Origin: a virus
Taxonomy: Duplodnaviria > Caudoviricetes
Length of the DNA stretch: 64,000 nucleotides
Virus record (IMG/VR): IMGVR_UViG_2836862175_000007
Span: 13,538-77,537 of that record
Strand: one strand, 5' to 3'
This document shows, piece after piece, positions 40,240-50,046 of this stretch (position 1 is the first letter of the stretch; every line of letters begins with the position of its first letter). Below the pieces are notes generated by a model that was not told the origin of the DNA, did not search any database, and worked only from the letters and a program-made list of their open reading frames with translations. The position numbers and the translations under genes were made by a program.

Positions 40240-40898
40240 AGCTGTTCCCGGAAGCCAACGGTCTTGATGGTCTTGACGGTCTCAGTGCGAACCGCGTTCC
40301 ACTGACCGATCAGGTCAAAGAGCGCGTCAGGGGCGTTACGCTCTGCGGGTAGGTCGTGGTGGAAGTTAAACGCGAACTGGATGCGATCCCCCTTTACCCC
40401 TTCCATCTCGACCAAGATCGGCTTCACATCCAATTTCATGCGAAATGGTCCAAAATCCTTACTCAAGTACGCACCAAACCTTGCATTCGGCTCGGTAAAG
40501 CAGGAGTAAATCCCGTCCGTTCGCCCTGCAAACAACTGACGGGTTTCCTCAGCCAAGCGGTTCGCATCCAGCGCGTTATGCCAGTTAAAGTTCAGCCCGA
40601 CCGCACGATACGGCACTTCTGGAAGCTTCCGGATTAATGTGCCAACTTTCTCCTCAATCAGTACCGAATGCCTTTCTGGCGAGGCGAGGAGAATGAATTG
40701 CATCTGATCATTGGTCACAACCAATACAAAATCATCCGTCACCACCTGGACCAGTTGGCCGGTGAATACCGAGTCCGGCTTGTAATCTCCGGTTTCGTTT
40801 AGGATACCGTGCTTGGCAAGCCAGACTGGGTTAAAGATGCTGGGATTAAAATGGCGAGCCAGCACGACGACGACGGGGGGGTTTTCAGTCCAGCTCAT
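40236..40898 (-). CDS. TIGR04255-like sporadically distributed protein
   Basis: VVVLARHFNPSIFNPVWL, AVGLNF, FNFHHDL. Confidence 0.6.
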   Translation of the reverse strand: MSWTENPPVVVVLARHFNPSIFNPVWLAKHGILNETGDYKPDSVFTGQLVQVVTDDFVLVVTNDQMQFILLASPERHSVLIEEKVGTLIRKLPEVPYRAVGLNFNWHNALDANRLAEETRQLFAGRTDGIYSCFTEPNARFGAYLSKDFGPFRMKLDVKPILVEMEGVKGDRIQFAFNFHHDLPAERNAPDALFDLIGQWNAVRTETVKTIKTVGFREQL

Positions 40899-41158
40899 AT
40901 CATTTGCCTTGCGGTCCCGCCGCCGTAGCGTTCGTTTTTCTCTGAATTGTGGGGCGCACCGTAATTCAGGGAAAAGACATCCAATATAAATTGGCAGATG
41001 AATTTTTCAATGCCCGTAGAGAGCCCATGAAATTATAGGAGAGTCAAGCCCCCCTTGTCCAGTGCTGTTTGCGTAACCCATGGCCTGACAGCAGTTTAGC
41101 ACCATCGATTTTCCGGCAATGCTCACGACATGCGAAGCGCGGTGAAGCGGCTAACAGG

Positions 41159-41437
41159 TTACCTCTTGCGCCTTTTCTTCGTCTTCGCGGGCGGTGGCGG
41201 ACCGGGCACCTCAACCGGTTTCGGTGCTTCGGTCTCCGGGTTCGAAGCACCCTGCGTAGCGTCGTACTCCGCCAGCAACCGACGGGCCTCAGCCAGCGTC
41301 TCAGGGTTCTGGAGGATACCACGAGCCAGAGCGGCTACCTCTTCGGGTGTGGACGACTCCCCGAACCGTTCGTACCACGCGACCCGCTCCTCGTCGCTCA
41401 TCTCGCTCCACAATTTTGCCACGCTGTTCCCGCGCAT
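41159..41437 (-). CDS. small hypothetical protein
   Basis: Helical with basic tail; start uncertain. Confidence 0.45.
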   Translation of the reverse strand: MRGNSVAKLWSEMSDEERVAWYERFGESSTPEEVAALARGILQNPETLAEARRLLAEYDATQGASNPETEAPKPVEVPGPPPPAKTKKRRKR

Positions 41438-41595
41438 CGCTCGTCCCCGGTTCGCTTCCACCCGGCCACCACGTCGTGGCCGTTGAGGCCACCAGACTGA
41501 AACAACCCGTGCCACGCCTGGAGCCTTAACGTTGCTGCAAACGACCGCACCCCGAGGGGCGTGGGCACGTCTCTTATGCGCGACGTTCAGCTCGG

Positions 41596-42195
41596 CTAGT
41601 TCGGCTCAGCGGCGCCCCTGTCGGCGCGCCCGCCGCCGGCGCCGTCCGCCGCCAGCGCGCTCAGCTCCAGACTCACGTATGCGATGTCGAGCTTCTGGCG
41701 GATGTCCTGGGCGCGGGGCACGCCGAGCATCTCCAGCCGGCCGAAGTCGTCACGCACCCGGTCCAGGTACTTCGCCTCGAACGCCTGGATCGCGGCGTCG
41801 TGTCGCGAGGGGCAGTCGTCGCGGAACAACTGGCGCGGCGCGACCCCGAGCCGGTGAATGATCTGGTCGAGCCGGGCGTGGAGCGCGGCGTCCGCGGTGC
41901 GGAGCTGCGACAGGAGCGCGAAGTTGCCGTCCTCGATCGCGTTGAGGACGACCGCGGCTTGATCGTCAGTGACGTGGCCCAGGGTCTCGATCAGCCGTTC
42001 GAGGCCGGTGAGTTGCTCGCCGACCACATCGAAGCGCCCGAGGGCTTCGGCGTGGTCGCGGCGCCGGCAGGCTTCGATGTAATCGCGGAGGGTCTTGGTT
42101 TCCTCGCCGCTCTTGCGGTCCCGGCGGAGCTTGATGAAATCCGCGAGCGCTTTGGAGAGGGAACCGATTCCGGCGACGGCGGCGAGATCGAGCAT
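41596..42195 (-). pseudogene. truncated N-terminus of a NACHT/STAND NTPase-like gene
   Basis: YL..V...GRLEMLGV..KLDIAYVSLEL normally precedes a NACHT P-loop, which is missing. Confidence 0.55.
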
Positions 42196-42317
42196 GGGCG
42201 GTGCGGGTGCTCACGGGCGGGTTCGGCGCGCGGGTCGCACCGGGTTAGCGATACCGTAACCGGGCGAACGACCGTCGGAAAGCGCATTCCGAGCGCCGGC
42301 CGGTACGTGCGCGCGGC

Positions 42318-42487
42318 ACAACCCACCCCCGGCCCCTTGTCGTGCAGGGAGGGGAGGAAGGCAACCTACCCCCAACCCCTCCCTGAAGGGAGGGGAGTAA
42401 GAACCACGGCGTGCCCGAGGCGGGATCGGCGCGCGAGCGGCTTTGCTCCCCTCCCTTCAGGGAGGGGTCGGGGGTGGGTCGCCCCGC
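42318..42487. repeat. CCCTCCCTGAAGGGAGGG palindrome pair
   Basis: Same family as 32064. Confidence 0.8.
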
Positions 42488-42612
42488 GAGCGCATGAACG
42501 CCCCGGGGTCGTGCGTGCGGCTCAGCCCTTGCGCGCCTTCTGTAACGTTGCCACAAACGACCGCGCCCCTGCACGGAACCGGGGCGCGGGGGATACGTCT
42601 TGTATGTGGAGT

Positions 42613-42990
42613 TCAGCCCGGCGGGTTCGGCGGAGCGGTGCCCCGGGCGGCGGCGAGCAGCCGCTCCAACACGGCCAGTTGCTCGGCGCTCAGGCTCCCC
42701 GGGTTCAGCCCGGCCAACCCGCCCGTCAGCACGGCCGCCTTCTGCCCCTCGTCCGTCAGCCCGCTCAGCACCGCCGCCGCCGCGCCCGCCTGCTCGGCCG
42801 CCGGGGCACCCGCCACCACCGCCGCCACGTGGGCCGTCATCACGGCTGGTGACGCGCCAGCCAGCGCGCGGGCCAGACCGATCCCGACGGCATCCGGGTG
42901 CGCCCCCGCCGCCAGGTGCGCCTGGGCCTCCATTCGTGCCTCAGCCGCCGCCGCCGTCAGATTCGTGAGCGCTTGCTCCTTCGCATCCAT
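42613..42990 (-). CDS. small protein sharing its C-terminus with the portal fusion
   Basis: 42611-42834 is identical to 43014-43237; own AAGGGG RBS and ATG. Confidence 0.65.
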   Translation of the reverse strand: MDAKEQALTNLTAAAAEARMEAQAHLAAGAHPDAVGIGLARALAGASPAVMTAHVAAVVAGAPAAEQAGAAAAVLSGLTDEGQKAAVLTGGLAGLNPGSLSAEQLAVLERLLAAARGTAPPNPPG

Positions 42991-43015
42991 TGCTGGCCCC
43001 TTCGTTCGTGTATGT

Positions 43016-45814
43016 TCAGCCCGGCGGGTTCGGCGGAGCGGTGCCCCGGGCGGCGGCGAGCAGCCGCTCCAACACGGCCAGTTGCTCGGCGCTCAGGCTC
43101 CCCGGGTTCAGCCCGGCCAACCCGCCCGTCAGCACGGCCGCCTTCTGCCCCTCGTCCGTCAGCCCGCTCAGCACCGCCGCCGCCGCGCCCGCCTGCTCGG
43201 CCGCCGGGGCACCCGCCACCACCGCCGCCACGTGGGCATTCCGGACCGCCGCGTTGGCCCCGCTCAGCGCGGCGGCCGTTTGCTTCCCGACGGCCTTCGG
43301 ATCCACGGCGTGCTTTTGCGACGCCTCAACCATCTCACTCAGCTTATCCGCGGCCTTACCCGTTTGCGCCACGTCGTCAAGTTGCTCTTGGGCCTTGTAC
43401 CGCTTGAGATCGATCGCCGTGAGCCGCTGAGTCAGGTTGTCGCGCAGCGCCTGCACGGCTTCCGGCTTGCCTTCGCGTAAGGCCGCGTACTGGTCCTTGT
43501 TCAGAATCCGAAACGGGCCGAACTCCCGCGCCCGCTTCACCACGCTGTCGGACACGTTAATCACCTGCGGCATCGCGCCGATGCGCAAGTATACCCCGTC
43601 TTCCGCTACACCGCCGTTGCCCGTTGCCGGCGTGTGGTACGCCACGACGTAGGCGACGACCGTGTTCTCGCCGTGCTGGGCCGAGTCCTTTAACTTGTTC
43701 TGCACCGCGTCCGGGAGTTGATCGTACGCCGCCCCGACGGCGACGCTGAACTTCCCGTCGAGCACAACGCGACACGGCTTACCGTCGATCTCTAGACTAC
43801 CGGTCACGTCGGCCGCAGCGTTCGACGACGTGCTGACCACCCACCCCGACCCCAGCACCCGGGCAATAACCTGCTCCCACCTCTTCTCAACCTTGTCCTC
43901 GTGCTTCCCGCCCTTCGGGATGCCGTTCGCGCGGATCTCGTTCAGCTCGTTCTCATCGGGCACCAGCTTCTCATCCACCAACTGCTTCCCCACCGCCGCC
44001 GCGTCGAAACCGTCCTTCGCGCCGGCTTCCGGTTCCCCATCCGCAGCATCATCGCCAGAGCATGCAACGCGCTCTCCATCCGAATAGCAAATCCGCCGAC
44101 CGAGCGAGTCTTTTGTTTCCCCGTTCGCTGGCGCGTCTGTGCCGCCCGTGCTCTCCCGCGCGAGCCCGTGGCACGCGCACGGCTTGCGCCCCTCCCCCAC
44201 CGGCGCGTTCGGGCTGCTCCCGTCCCCGCCGGCGCTGCCCGGCGGCGACGGGCTCGGGCCGCCGCCCGGCGTCCCCCCGGCGCCCCCGCCGCCGCCCGGC
44301 CCCGGGGGCTCGAACCGCGCCTTCCACGCCCGGATGTTCGCCGCCACCTGCTCCGGGTCCGCGCCCGTCGAGCGCACGAACTCCAGCGGGTCCGCGCAGT
44401 TCTGCTGGTACAAGGCCAGGAACGTCCGCGCCTTCTTCTCCTCGTCCGCGATCACTACCGGCCCGCACGTGCCCACCGCCCGCACCCACTTCGACACCCC
44501 ACGCGGGAGCCGGCCCGAACGCTCACAGAACTCCACCACCCGCGACGCCACACGGCACGCGAACGCCTTCACCCGCTCCTGGCGCGCCTGCGTCAGACGC
44601 ACGAACGGCGACCCCGTCACCAGCACGCTTGCGAAGCTGGCGTCACCGTCGCCGCTGAAGTAGCTCGGGCACCCCCACCGGAACCCGACCCCGCGCAGCA
44701 CCATCCGCTCCACCGCCTCGAACCCGGCCGTCCCGCTCGACACCGGCCCCGGCTTCACCTCCCGCCCGCCCTCCGTCCGCACCACCGTCCCGGCCTCGTA
44801 CCCGGTCACCTCCGTGCCCGCCCCGGCCGAACCCGGAGCCCCCTTGGGCCGGTGGTAGTCCGCCCCCAGCCGCACCTGCGCCGCCACCTGCTCGGCCGTC
44901 GCCGCCGGGTACTGTTCCCACCACGCGATCGCCGCCTGGACGCGGGCCACGTGGGCCATGTTGTCCAGCAGCCCCAGCACCTTCCGCAACTGCTCGCCCA
45001 CCGGCAGGAAGTCCGACAGGCCCCGCTTCACCGTGCGGTCCACGTTCCCTTTCACCCGCACGTACTCGGACGCCGGCACCTCGCGCCCGCGCGACACGTC
45101 CGCCGGGTCGCACACCCACAGCCCCTCCTCGCGCTCGTCGTCCCCCTCGGCCGTCACCACGCCCCACCCGCACCGGTCCGCGGTGCTGCCCCCGGGCGGG
45201 GTGCGGATCAGTTCCGGCTCCACGTGGCGCGCGTACGGCAGCCCGTCCGACGCCTCGTCGCCCACGAAGAACCGCAGGGTGGTTTCGCCCTCCACGATGA
45301 GCCGGCGCCGGCACTCCTCTTCGCGGTCCTCTTCACCCTGCCCCCACTCGGCGAACTCGCACCACTCGGCCCACGCGCGGGTACACGCCGACACCAGCCC
45401 CGGGGCGGTGTCGCGTGCGGCGCCGCGGGCGCGGGGCACGAAGCTGATCTGAACGGGGCCGATGAAGTTGGAGACGTGGTCGCGGAACCCGAGCGCCAGG
45501 TGGTTGCGGGTACACAGGTCGCGGGCCAGGGCGACGTGCTGGCGCCACTCCTCCTCGTTCAGGTACGAGAGGGGCGCGCGGGTGCGGTCCTGGGTCCGCT
45601 GGGCCGGGCGGTTCACCCGCCAGCAGCCGGGGCCGGGGAACCCGTCGCCGGCGTCCAGCCAGTCCTGCGGGGCCAGCAGGTTGTCGAGCGACAGGAGGGT
45701 TTCTTCGAGCCGCCGCACCTTGGCGGCCAGCTCGGTGCGGAGGTGCGCGTGCGCGTCCGGCTCGGGGAGCGGGGCGGGAACGTCGAGGGCCGTCAGGGTG
45801 ATCGCCGGGTACAT
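43016..45814 (-). CDS. phage portal protein with long C-terminal extension (PD-(D/E)xK-like)
   Basis: R.L..RNHLA.G, RRLIVEGE, VEPELI, KRGLSDF in first ~500 aa; Gly/Pro linker; ADV..LDGK. Confidence 0.75.
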   Translation of the reverse strand: MYPAITLTALDVPAPLPEPDAHAHLRTELAAKVRRLEETLLSLDNLLAPQDWLDAGDGFPGPGCWRVNRPAQRTQDRTRAPLSYLNEEEWRQHVALARDLCTRNHLALGFRDHVSNFIGPVQISFVPRARGAARDTAPGLVSACTRAWAEWCEFAEWGQGEEDREEECRRRLIVEGETTLRFFVGDEASDGLPYARHVEPELIRTPPGGSTADRCGWGVVTAEGDDEREEGLWVCDPADVSRGREVPASEYVRVKGNVDRTVKRGLSDFLPVGEQLRKVLGLLDNMAHVARVQAAIAWWEQYPAATAEQVAAQVRLGADYHRPKGAPGSAGAGTEVTGYEAGTVVRTEGGREVKPGPVSSGTAGFEAVERMVLRGVGFRWGCPSYFSGDGDASFASVLVTGSPFVRLTQARQERVKAFACRVASRVVEFCERSGRLPRGVSKWVRAVGTCGPVVIADEEKKARTFLALYQQNCADPLEFVRSTGADPEQVAANIRAWKARFEPPGPGGGGGAGGTPGGGPSPSPPGSAGGDGSSPNAPVGEGRKPCACHGLARESTGGTDAPANGETKDSLGRRICYSDGERVACSGDDAADGEPEAGAKDGFDAAAVGKQLVDEKLVPDENELNEIRANGIPKGGKHEDKVEKRWEQVIARVLGSGWVVSTSSNAAADVTGSLEIDGKPCRVVLDGKFSVAVGAAYDQLPDAVQNKLKDSAQHGENTVVAYVVAYHTPATGNGGVAEDGVYLRIGAMPQVINVSDSVVKRAREFGPFRILNKDQYAALREGKPEAVQALRDNLTQRLTAIDLKRYKAQEQLDDVAQTGKAADKLSEMVEASQKHAVDPKAVGKQTAAALSGANAAVRNAHVAAVVAGAPAAEQAGAAAAVLSGLTDEGQKAAVLTGGLAGLNPGSLSAEQLAVLERLLAAARGTAPPNPPG

Positions 45815-45861
45815 GCCCGGCCGATGGCACCGGCGCGGGGAGAGGCGGCGGGTGTTGTGAG

Positions 45862-45990
45862 TGTGGTCCGCTCACTCCGTGAGCGGTCGCCCGGGGCATC
45901 GGGTGGCGTGGAGCGCGGTAACGGGCCGGCACGCCCGCGGAGCCAGTCATATGCGCGGAGCGACCGCTCACGGCGTGAGCGGACCACACT
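45862..45990. repeat. palindromic element GTGGTCCGCTCACTCCGTGAGCGG
   Basis: Inverted arms visible. Confidence 0.8.
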
Positions 45991-46063
45991 CCGAACCAGG
46001 ACGCGCCGCATGAACTTGAAACTACTGAAACCCGGCCGCGGCATGCGGCATCACCGGCGCGCG

Positions 46064-46294
46064 TCAGTCGGCCTTGGTTTCAGCGGCCGGCGACCCGCCC
46101 TCGGTGGCGCGGGAGCGGGACGGCAGCACCACCCAGCGCGAGTCGCCCGGGCTCTCGGGCATGGCCCGGAGGGCCTCGTCGCGGGTGGGGAACCGGCCCT
46201 CGGACAGCCAGCTCTCGCCCGGGCGGCGGGACAGCAGTTCGTAGCTCAGGTCAACGGCCAGCACCGCGTCGATGGCGGCTTGTGAAAGGAACAT
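46064..46294 (-). CDS. small hypothetical protein
   Basis: 76 aa, GGAG RBS. Confidence 0.5.
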   Translation of the reverse strand: MFLSQAAIDAVLAVDLSYELLSRRPGESWLSEGRFPTRDEALRAMPESPGDSRWVVLPSRSRATEGGSPAAETKAD

Positions 46295-46591
46295 GGTTGG
46301 GCTCCGTCGGGGGCGTCTTGCGCTACCAGAAGTTATCGGTGAGCGCTAACGAATGTTGCCCGGAATTCTCCCGACACCGCCGCCGCGAACCGGTGCGCCG
46401 GCCGCACGCGGTGCGGAGGCGTCAGCCTAACGGAACCTCGAACGTGACACCGCCCCCGAACCGGCACGCCAGCAGGGCGTCCGCCCGGCGGCCGGCGCGG
46501 CGCAGACGAATTGCCCCCAGGCTGGGCGCACCCCTGATCGGCGGGTGCGCGTACCGCTGGGGGTTGGTAAGACTCGGTTAACCGGCGGGGC

Positions 46592-46840
46592 TCAGGTGTT
46601 GTCGTAGAACTGCTGGTCAGTAACTCCGTCTTCGGCGGTCAGCTTGAACTTTCGGCGAGCCGCCCGGGCGTAAGCGGTGGGAAGAGTGTCGTGGCTCGTC
46701 GGGACCGGGAAGCTCACCTTGTGACCATCGATGTACTTATAGAACATCGTATGAGAGCCCTTTCCCCGGCCGGTATCCTCAAACACCCCAAAAGCGAACA
46801 AGGCTCGTCTGAGTTGACGCAATGAGAGCGGACGGTCCAC
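46592..46840 (-). CDS. hicA: HicA-family toxin
   Basis: GRGKGSH motif, V.FPVP, 82 aa. Confidence 0.8.
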   Translation of the reverse strand: MDRPLSLRQLRRALFAFGVFEDTGRGKGSHTMFYKYIDGHKVSFPVPTSHDTLPTAYARAARRKFKLTAEDGVTDQQFYDNT

Positions 46841-46855
46841 GGGCGACTCCTCGCA

Positions 46856-47215
46856 TCAGGCCGTCGCGCACTCGGCGTCCTCGTCCTCGTACTCGCGGGC
46901 GCTCACGCCTTCGATCTTGTAGTCCGGCGCCTCGAATTCGATCGCCATTTCGCCGATCGCCACGTCCTTGCCCTTCGCAAACATGACGTAGTATTCGCTC
47001 GGTGCGGGCGTGAAAAGGACGTTCGGCGATTGTTCCTTGACCGCGCTGCTGACCTGAAGTTCGATCGCCTCGCACAACATGTTCATGGCTTCGTGCTTGG
47101 TGTCACCGAAGCCGAGCAGATCGAACTCCAGACAGTGGGCAACAACGACACTGCGGTCGGCCTTGTCACGGTAAAACACAATTCGGAGTGGTGTTCGGGC
47201 GGTAATCTGTTTCAT
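46856..47215 (-). CDS. hicB: HicB-like antitoxin
   Basis: AHCLEFDLLGFGDTKHEAMNMLCEAI. Confidence 0.8.
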   Translation of the reverse strand: MKQITARTPLRIVFYRDKADRSVVVAHCLEFDLLGFGDTKHEAMNMLCEAIELQVSSAVKEQSPNVLFTPAPSEYYVMFAKGKDVAIGEMAIEFEAPDYKIEGVSAREYEDEDAECATA

Positions 47216-47459
47216 CGGCCACCTCCGCCAGCCACGCGTTTCCTCCTGCCTCACGAATCGCGAGGCGCACCGGGCGTTGGGATAACCACGGTGCCGCGAA
47301 AATTGTAGCTGAAAGTCATTCGCACCGCAGTCTTCGCCGCAAAACATTTTTCCGGCGGTCTTCGCGAGCGCGGCATTCTGTTGCTACTACGCACGCATAC
47401 GGTGCCCCGCGCCCGGCACACGCCGCCTCACACACGCACCCGGTAATACCGCCGCTTTC

Positions 47460-47527
47460 TTGACGAGCCGCGACCGCCAGGGAGCGGGAGACGTGGCACC
47501 GCTCCCTGGCGGTCGCGGCTCGTCAAG
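47460..47527. repeat. palindromic REP-like element
   Basis: Third copy of the 5940 family. Confidence 0.85.
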
Positions 47528-47566
47528 AGAGCGACACCGCGGGTGGACTCATGTATCAGGGGCGTG

Positions 47567-48352
47567 TCAGTGCAACGGGACTTCGAAATCGACACCGTCT
47601 CCGAACCGGCACGCCAGCAGGACGCCCACATCCGGGTTGTATTCGGAGGCGCTCGGGTCCGGCTCGCCGGGCGGGGCGTGCGCCGCGCAGCCGGCCCGGT
47701 ACTCGGCCCAGGTGATGCGCCGGGCGGCCGGGTCGCGGGCGAACGCGAAGTAGCCGTCGCGCCCGTGCGCCGGCGGCACCCAACCGACCTCCGGCACCGT
47801 CGTCAGCCGCACGGCGGTGACCGGGTGCCGGGCGCGGATCGCGTCCCCGTGGGCGATCCAGGTCGCGGCGTCGCAGGTGACCGCCGCGATCCAGCCGCCG
47901 CGGGAATCGAGCACACAGTTGTAGGGGTTGATGCCGAGCCCGCGGAGCCAGTCGAAGGTGGGCCAGATCTCGCGCGGGTAGACGGTCATGGTCAGTTGCC
48001 CCTCGCGCCGCCGGAGCGCCTCCAGCCGCTCGGCGTCCGCGGGGGTCGCGTCGCCGCGGCGGTGCCGGTCGTTCAGCGCCGCGAGTTCGCACTGCACGCG
48101 AATGAACTCGGCCCGGCCCGCGCGGCCGTCGGTGAGGCGGCCGGACCCGCCGCACCGGCGGCAGGTGTGCCACGCCCCGGCGGGCCGGAGCGACTGCACG
48201 TCGCGGCCGAACACGCGGCCGGCGTCGCACTCGCCGCAGGTGGCGTCGGCGGCCTGCTCCTGGAGCCAGTCGGCGTACACGAGGCGCGGGGTGTCGTCGG
48301 CGGGCGCGGCGATGATGGCGGCCAGCAGCGCGGCCTCGTCGGGGTCCGTCAT
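47567..48352 (-). CDS. TIGR02996 domain protein with Zn-finger insert
   Basis: ALLAAIIAAPADDTPRLVYADWLQE..RAEFIRVQCELA; CGEC..CRRC. Confidence 0.9.
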   Translation of the reverse strand: MTDPDEAALLAAIIAAPADDTPRLVYADWLQEQAADATCGECDAGRVFGRDVQSLRPAGAWHTCRRCGGSGRLTDGRAGRAEFIRVQCELAALNDRHRRGDATPADAERLEALRRREGQLTMTVYPREIWPTFDWLRGLGINPYNCVLDSRGGWIAAVTCDAATWIAHGDAIRARHPVTAVRLTTVPEVGWVPPAHGRDGYFAFARDPAARRITWAEYRAGCAAHAPPGEPDPSASEYNPDVGVLLACRFGDGVDFEVPLH

Positions 48353-48356
48353 GGTG

Positions 48357-49064
48357 CTACTCGCCCGGGTGCGCTCGCAGGAACGCTTCCACCTCGGGCG
48401 TCGTCGGGATGATCCCGCACGCCTCCAGCATCACCACCTCCCCCGGCGCCTCACGGGAGAGGCGGCACGGCCCCGGCACCACCGCGAAGTCGAACAGCGT
48501 CAGACGACCGCCCTCCCACGAGTAGATCTGACGCGCCTTCCCCAGCACCACTTCCCGCCCGTGGTGACCCCGGTACTCACCGCACACGCAGCCCTGATCC
48601 CGCGAACGCACGATCACATACGTACCGGGTGAAGGCATGGGAAACTCCTCGTGTGTAATGTGGGGCTTGTTTGGGGTTCCGTAGCCGCCGTGGCCGTAGC
48701 CCCCGCCGTTCCCGTAGCCGCGGGCGTAACCGCCTTCCAAGCCGCTACCGGTGCCGGCGATGTCGCAGTAGCCGAAACCGCCGCGGCCTTCACCGCTGCC
48801 GGCGCCGTCGCCGGGGCCGTTGTTGAGGTCGCCGTGGCCGCGGTCATTGTCACCATCGCCGCCGCCGTCACCCGCACCAGCGCCTTCACCGTCACCGGCA
48901 AGGTCGGTCACCCACGGCGGGGCCGTGCCCTCGTCGCGCACCCAGGCGGCTTCGAGGCCGCGGCCGTGCTCGTCGAGCCAGTCCGCATACGCGAGCCGGG
49001 CCGTCACCTCGCCCGGGTAGGCGCCGATGGCGCGAAGCAGCGTGGCTTCGTCGGGGTCGGTCAT
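48357..49064 (-). CDS. TIGR02996-Gly-rich-DUF6948-like protein, copy 5
   Basis: RLAYADWLDE; G/D/Y-rich middle; YVIVRSRDQGCVCG. Confidence 0.85.
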   Translation of the reverse strand: MTDPDEATLLRAIGAYPGEVTARLAYADWLDEHGRGLEAAWVRDEGTAPPWVTDLAGDGEGAGAGDGGGDGDNDRGHGDLNNGPGDGAGSGEGRGGFGYCDIAGTGSGLEGGYARGYGNGGGYGHGGYGTPNKPHITHEEFPMPSPGTYVIVRSRDQGCVCGEYRGHHGREVVLGKARQIYSWEGGRLTLFDFAVVPGPCRLSREAPGEVVMLEACGIIPTTPEVEAFLRAHPGE

Positions 49065-49069
49065 GGGTG

Positions 49070-49873
49070 TCACTCGCCCGGGTGCGCCCGCAGGAACGCC
49101 TCGACCTCGGGCGTGGTCGGGATGATCCCGCACGCCTCCAGCATCACCACCTCCCCGGGCGCCTCACGCGACAGCCGGCACGGACCCGGCACCACCGCGA
49201 AGTCGAACAGCGTCAGCCGACCGCCCTCCCACGAGTAGATCTGGCGCGCCTTCCCCAGCACCACCTCACGGCCGTGGTGCCCCCGGTACTCACCGCACAC
49301 GCAACCCTGATCCCGCGAACGCACGATCACGTACGCACCCGACTCCGGCATGTGAACCTCCTGGTGGGGGATCAGGTGTTGCAGATTGTGCGCGGCGATG
49401 GGGTTGTAGCCGTGGCCTTGACCGTTGCCGTCGCCGTCGCCGTCGCTGTCGCCGTAGCAGTAACCGTAGCCGCGGCCGTAGCCGTGGTTGCCGCCGCGGA
49501 TGCTGTAGTCGTGGATTTCGCTGCCCCCGCCGCCGGCGCCGTAGCCGCGGCCGTCACCGCGGCCGGCGCCGTCGCCGCAGTTCGTACCGTCGCCGTAGCC
49601 GTCGCCGTTGCTGTCACCGTAGCCGTCGCCGTCACCATCGCCGTTACCGCTGCCGTGGTCATCGCCGGTGCCGGTGCCGTCGGCGTCGCAGCCACCGTCA
49701 CCATCGCCGCCGCCGAGTTCGGTCACCCACGGGGCCGTGCCCTCGTCGCGTACCCAGGCGGCTTCGATCCCGCGGCCGTGCTCGTCGAGCCAGTCCGCAT
49801 ACGCGAGCCGCGCGGTGACCTCGCCCGGGTGCGCGGCGATGGCGCGAAGCAGCGCGGCCTCGTCGGTGGTCAT
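49070..49873 (-). CDS. TIGR02996-Gly-rich-DUF6948-like protein, copy 4
   Basis: Same architecture. Confidence 0.85.
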   Translation of the reverse strand: MTTDEAALLRAIAAHPGEVTARLAYADWLDEHGRGIEAAWVRDEGTAPWVTELGGGDGDGGCDADGTGTGDDHGSGNGDGDGDGYGDSNGDGYGDGTNCGDGAGRGDGRGYGAGGGGSEIHDYSIRGGNHGYGRGYGYCYGDSDGDGDGNGQGHGYNPIAAHNLQHLIPHQEVHMPESGAYVIVRSRDQGCVCGEYRGHHGREVVLGKARQIYSWEGGRLTLFDFAVVPGPCRLSREAPGEVVMLEACGIIPTTPEVEAFLRAHPGE

Positions 49874-50046
49874 ACTCGCCCCGATGGTTCCAGGCGCCAC
49901 GTGCCGGCGGCGCGCCGCTCGACGAGCCCGGGATCACGCGCGCGGGCGAGCACCGTCTCGTGTACCAGCGTCGTACCCGTAAATGAGGAGCGATCCGGCA
50001 GCCCAAGACCCTACGATGTGTCCCACGGATCAGTGGTGCAGAGGTG

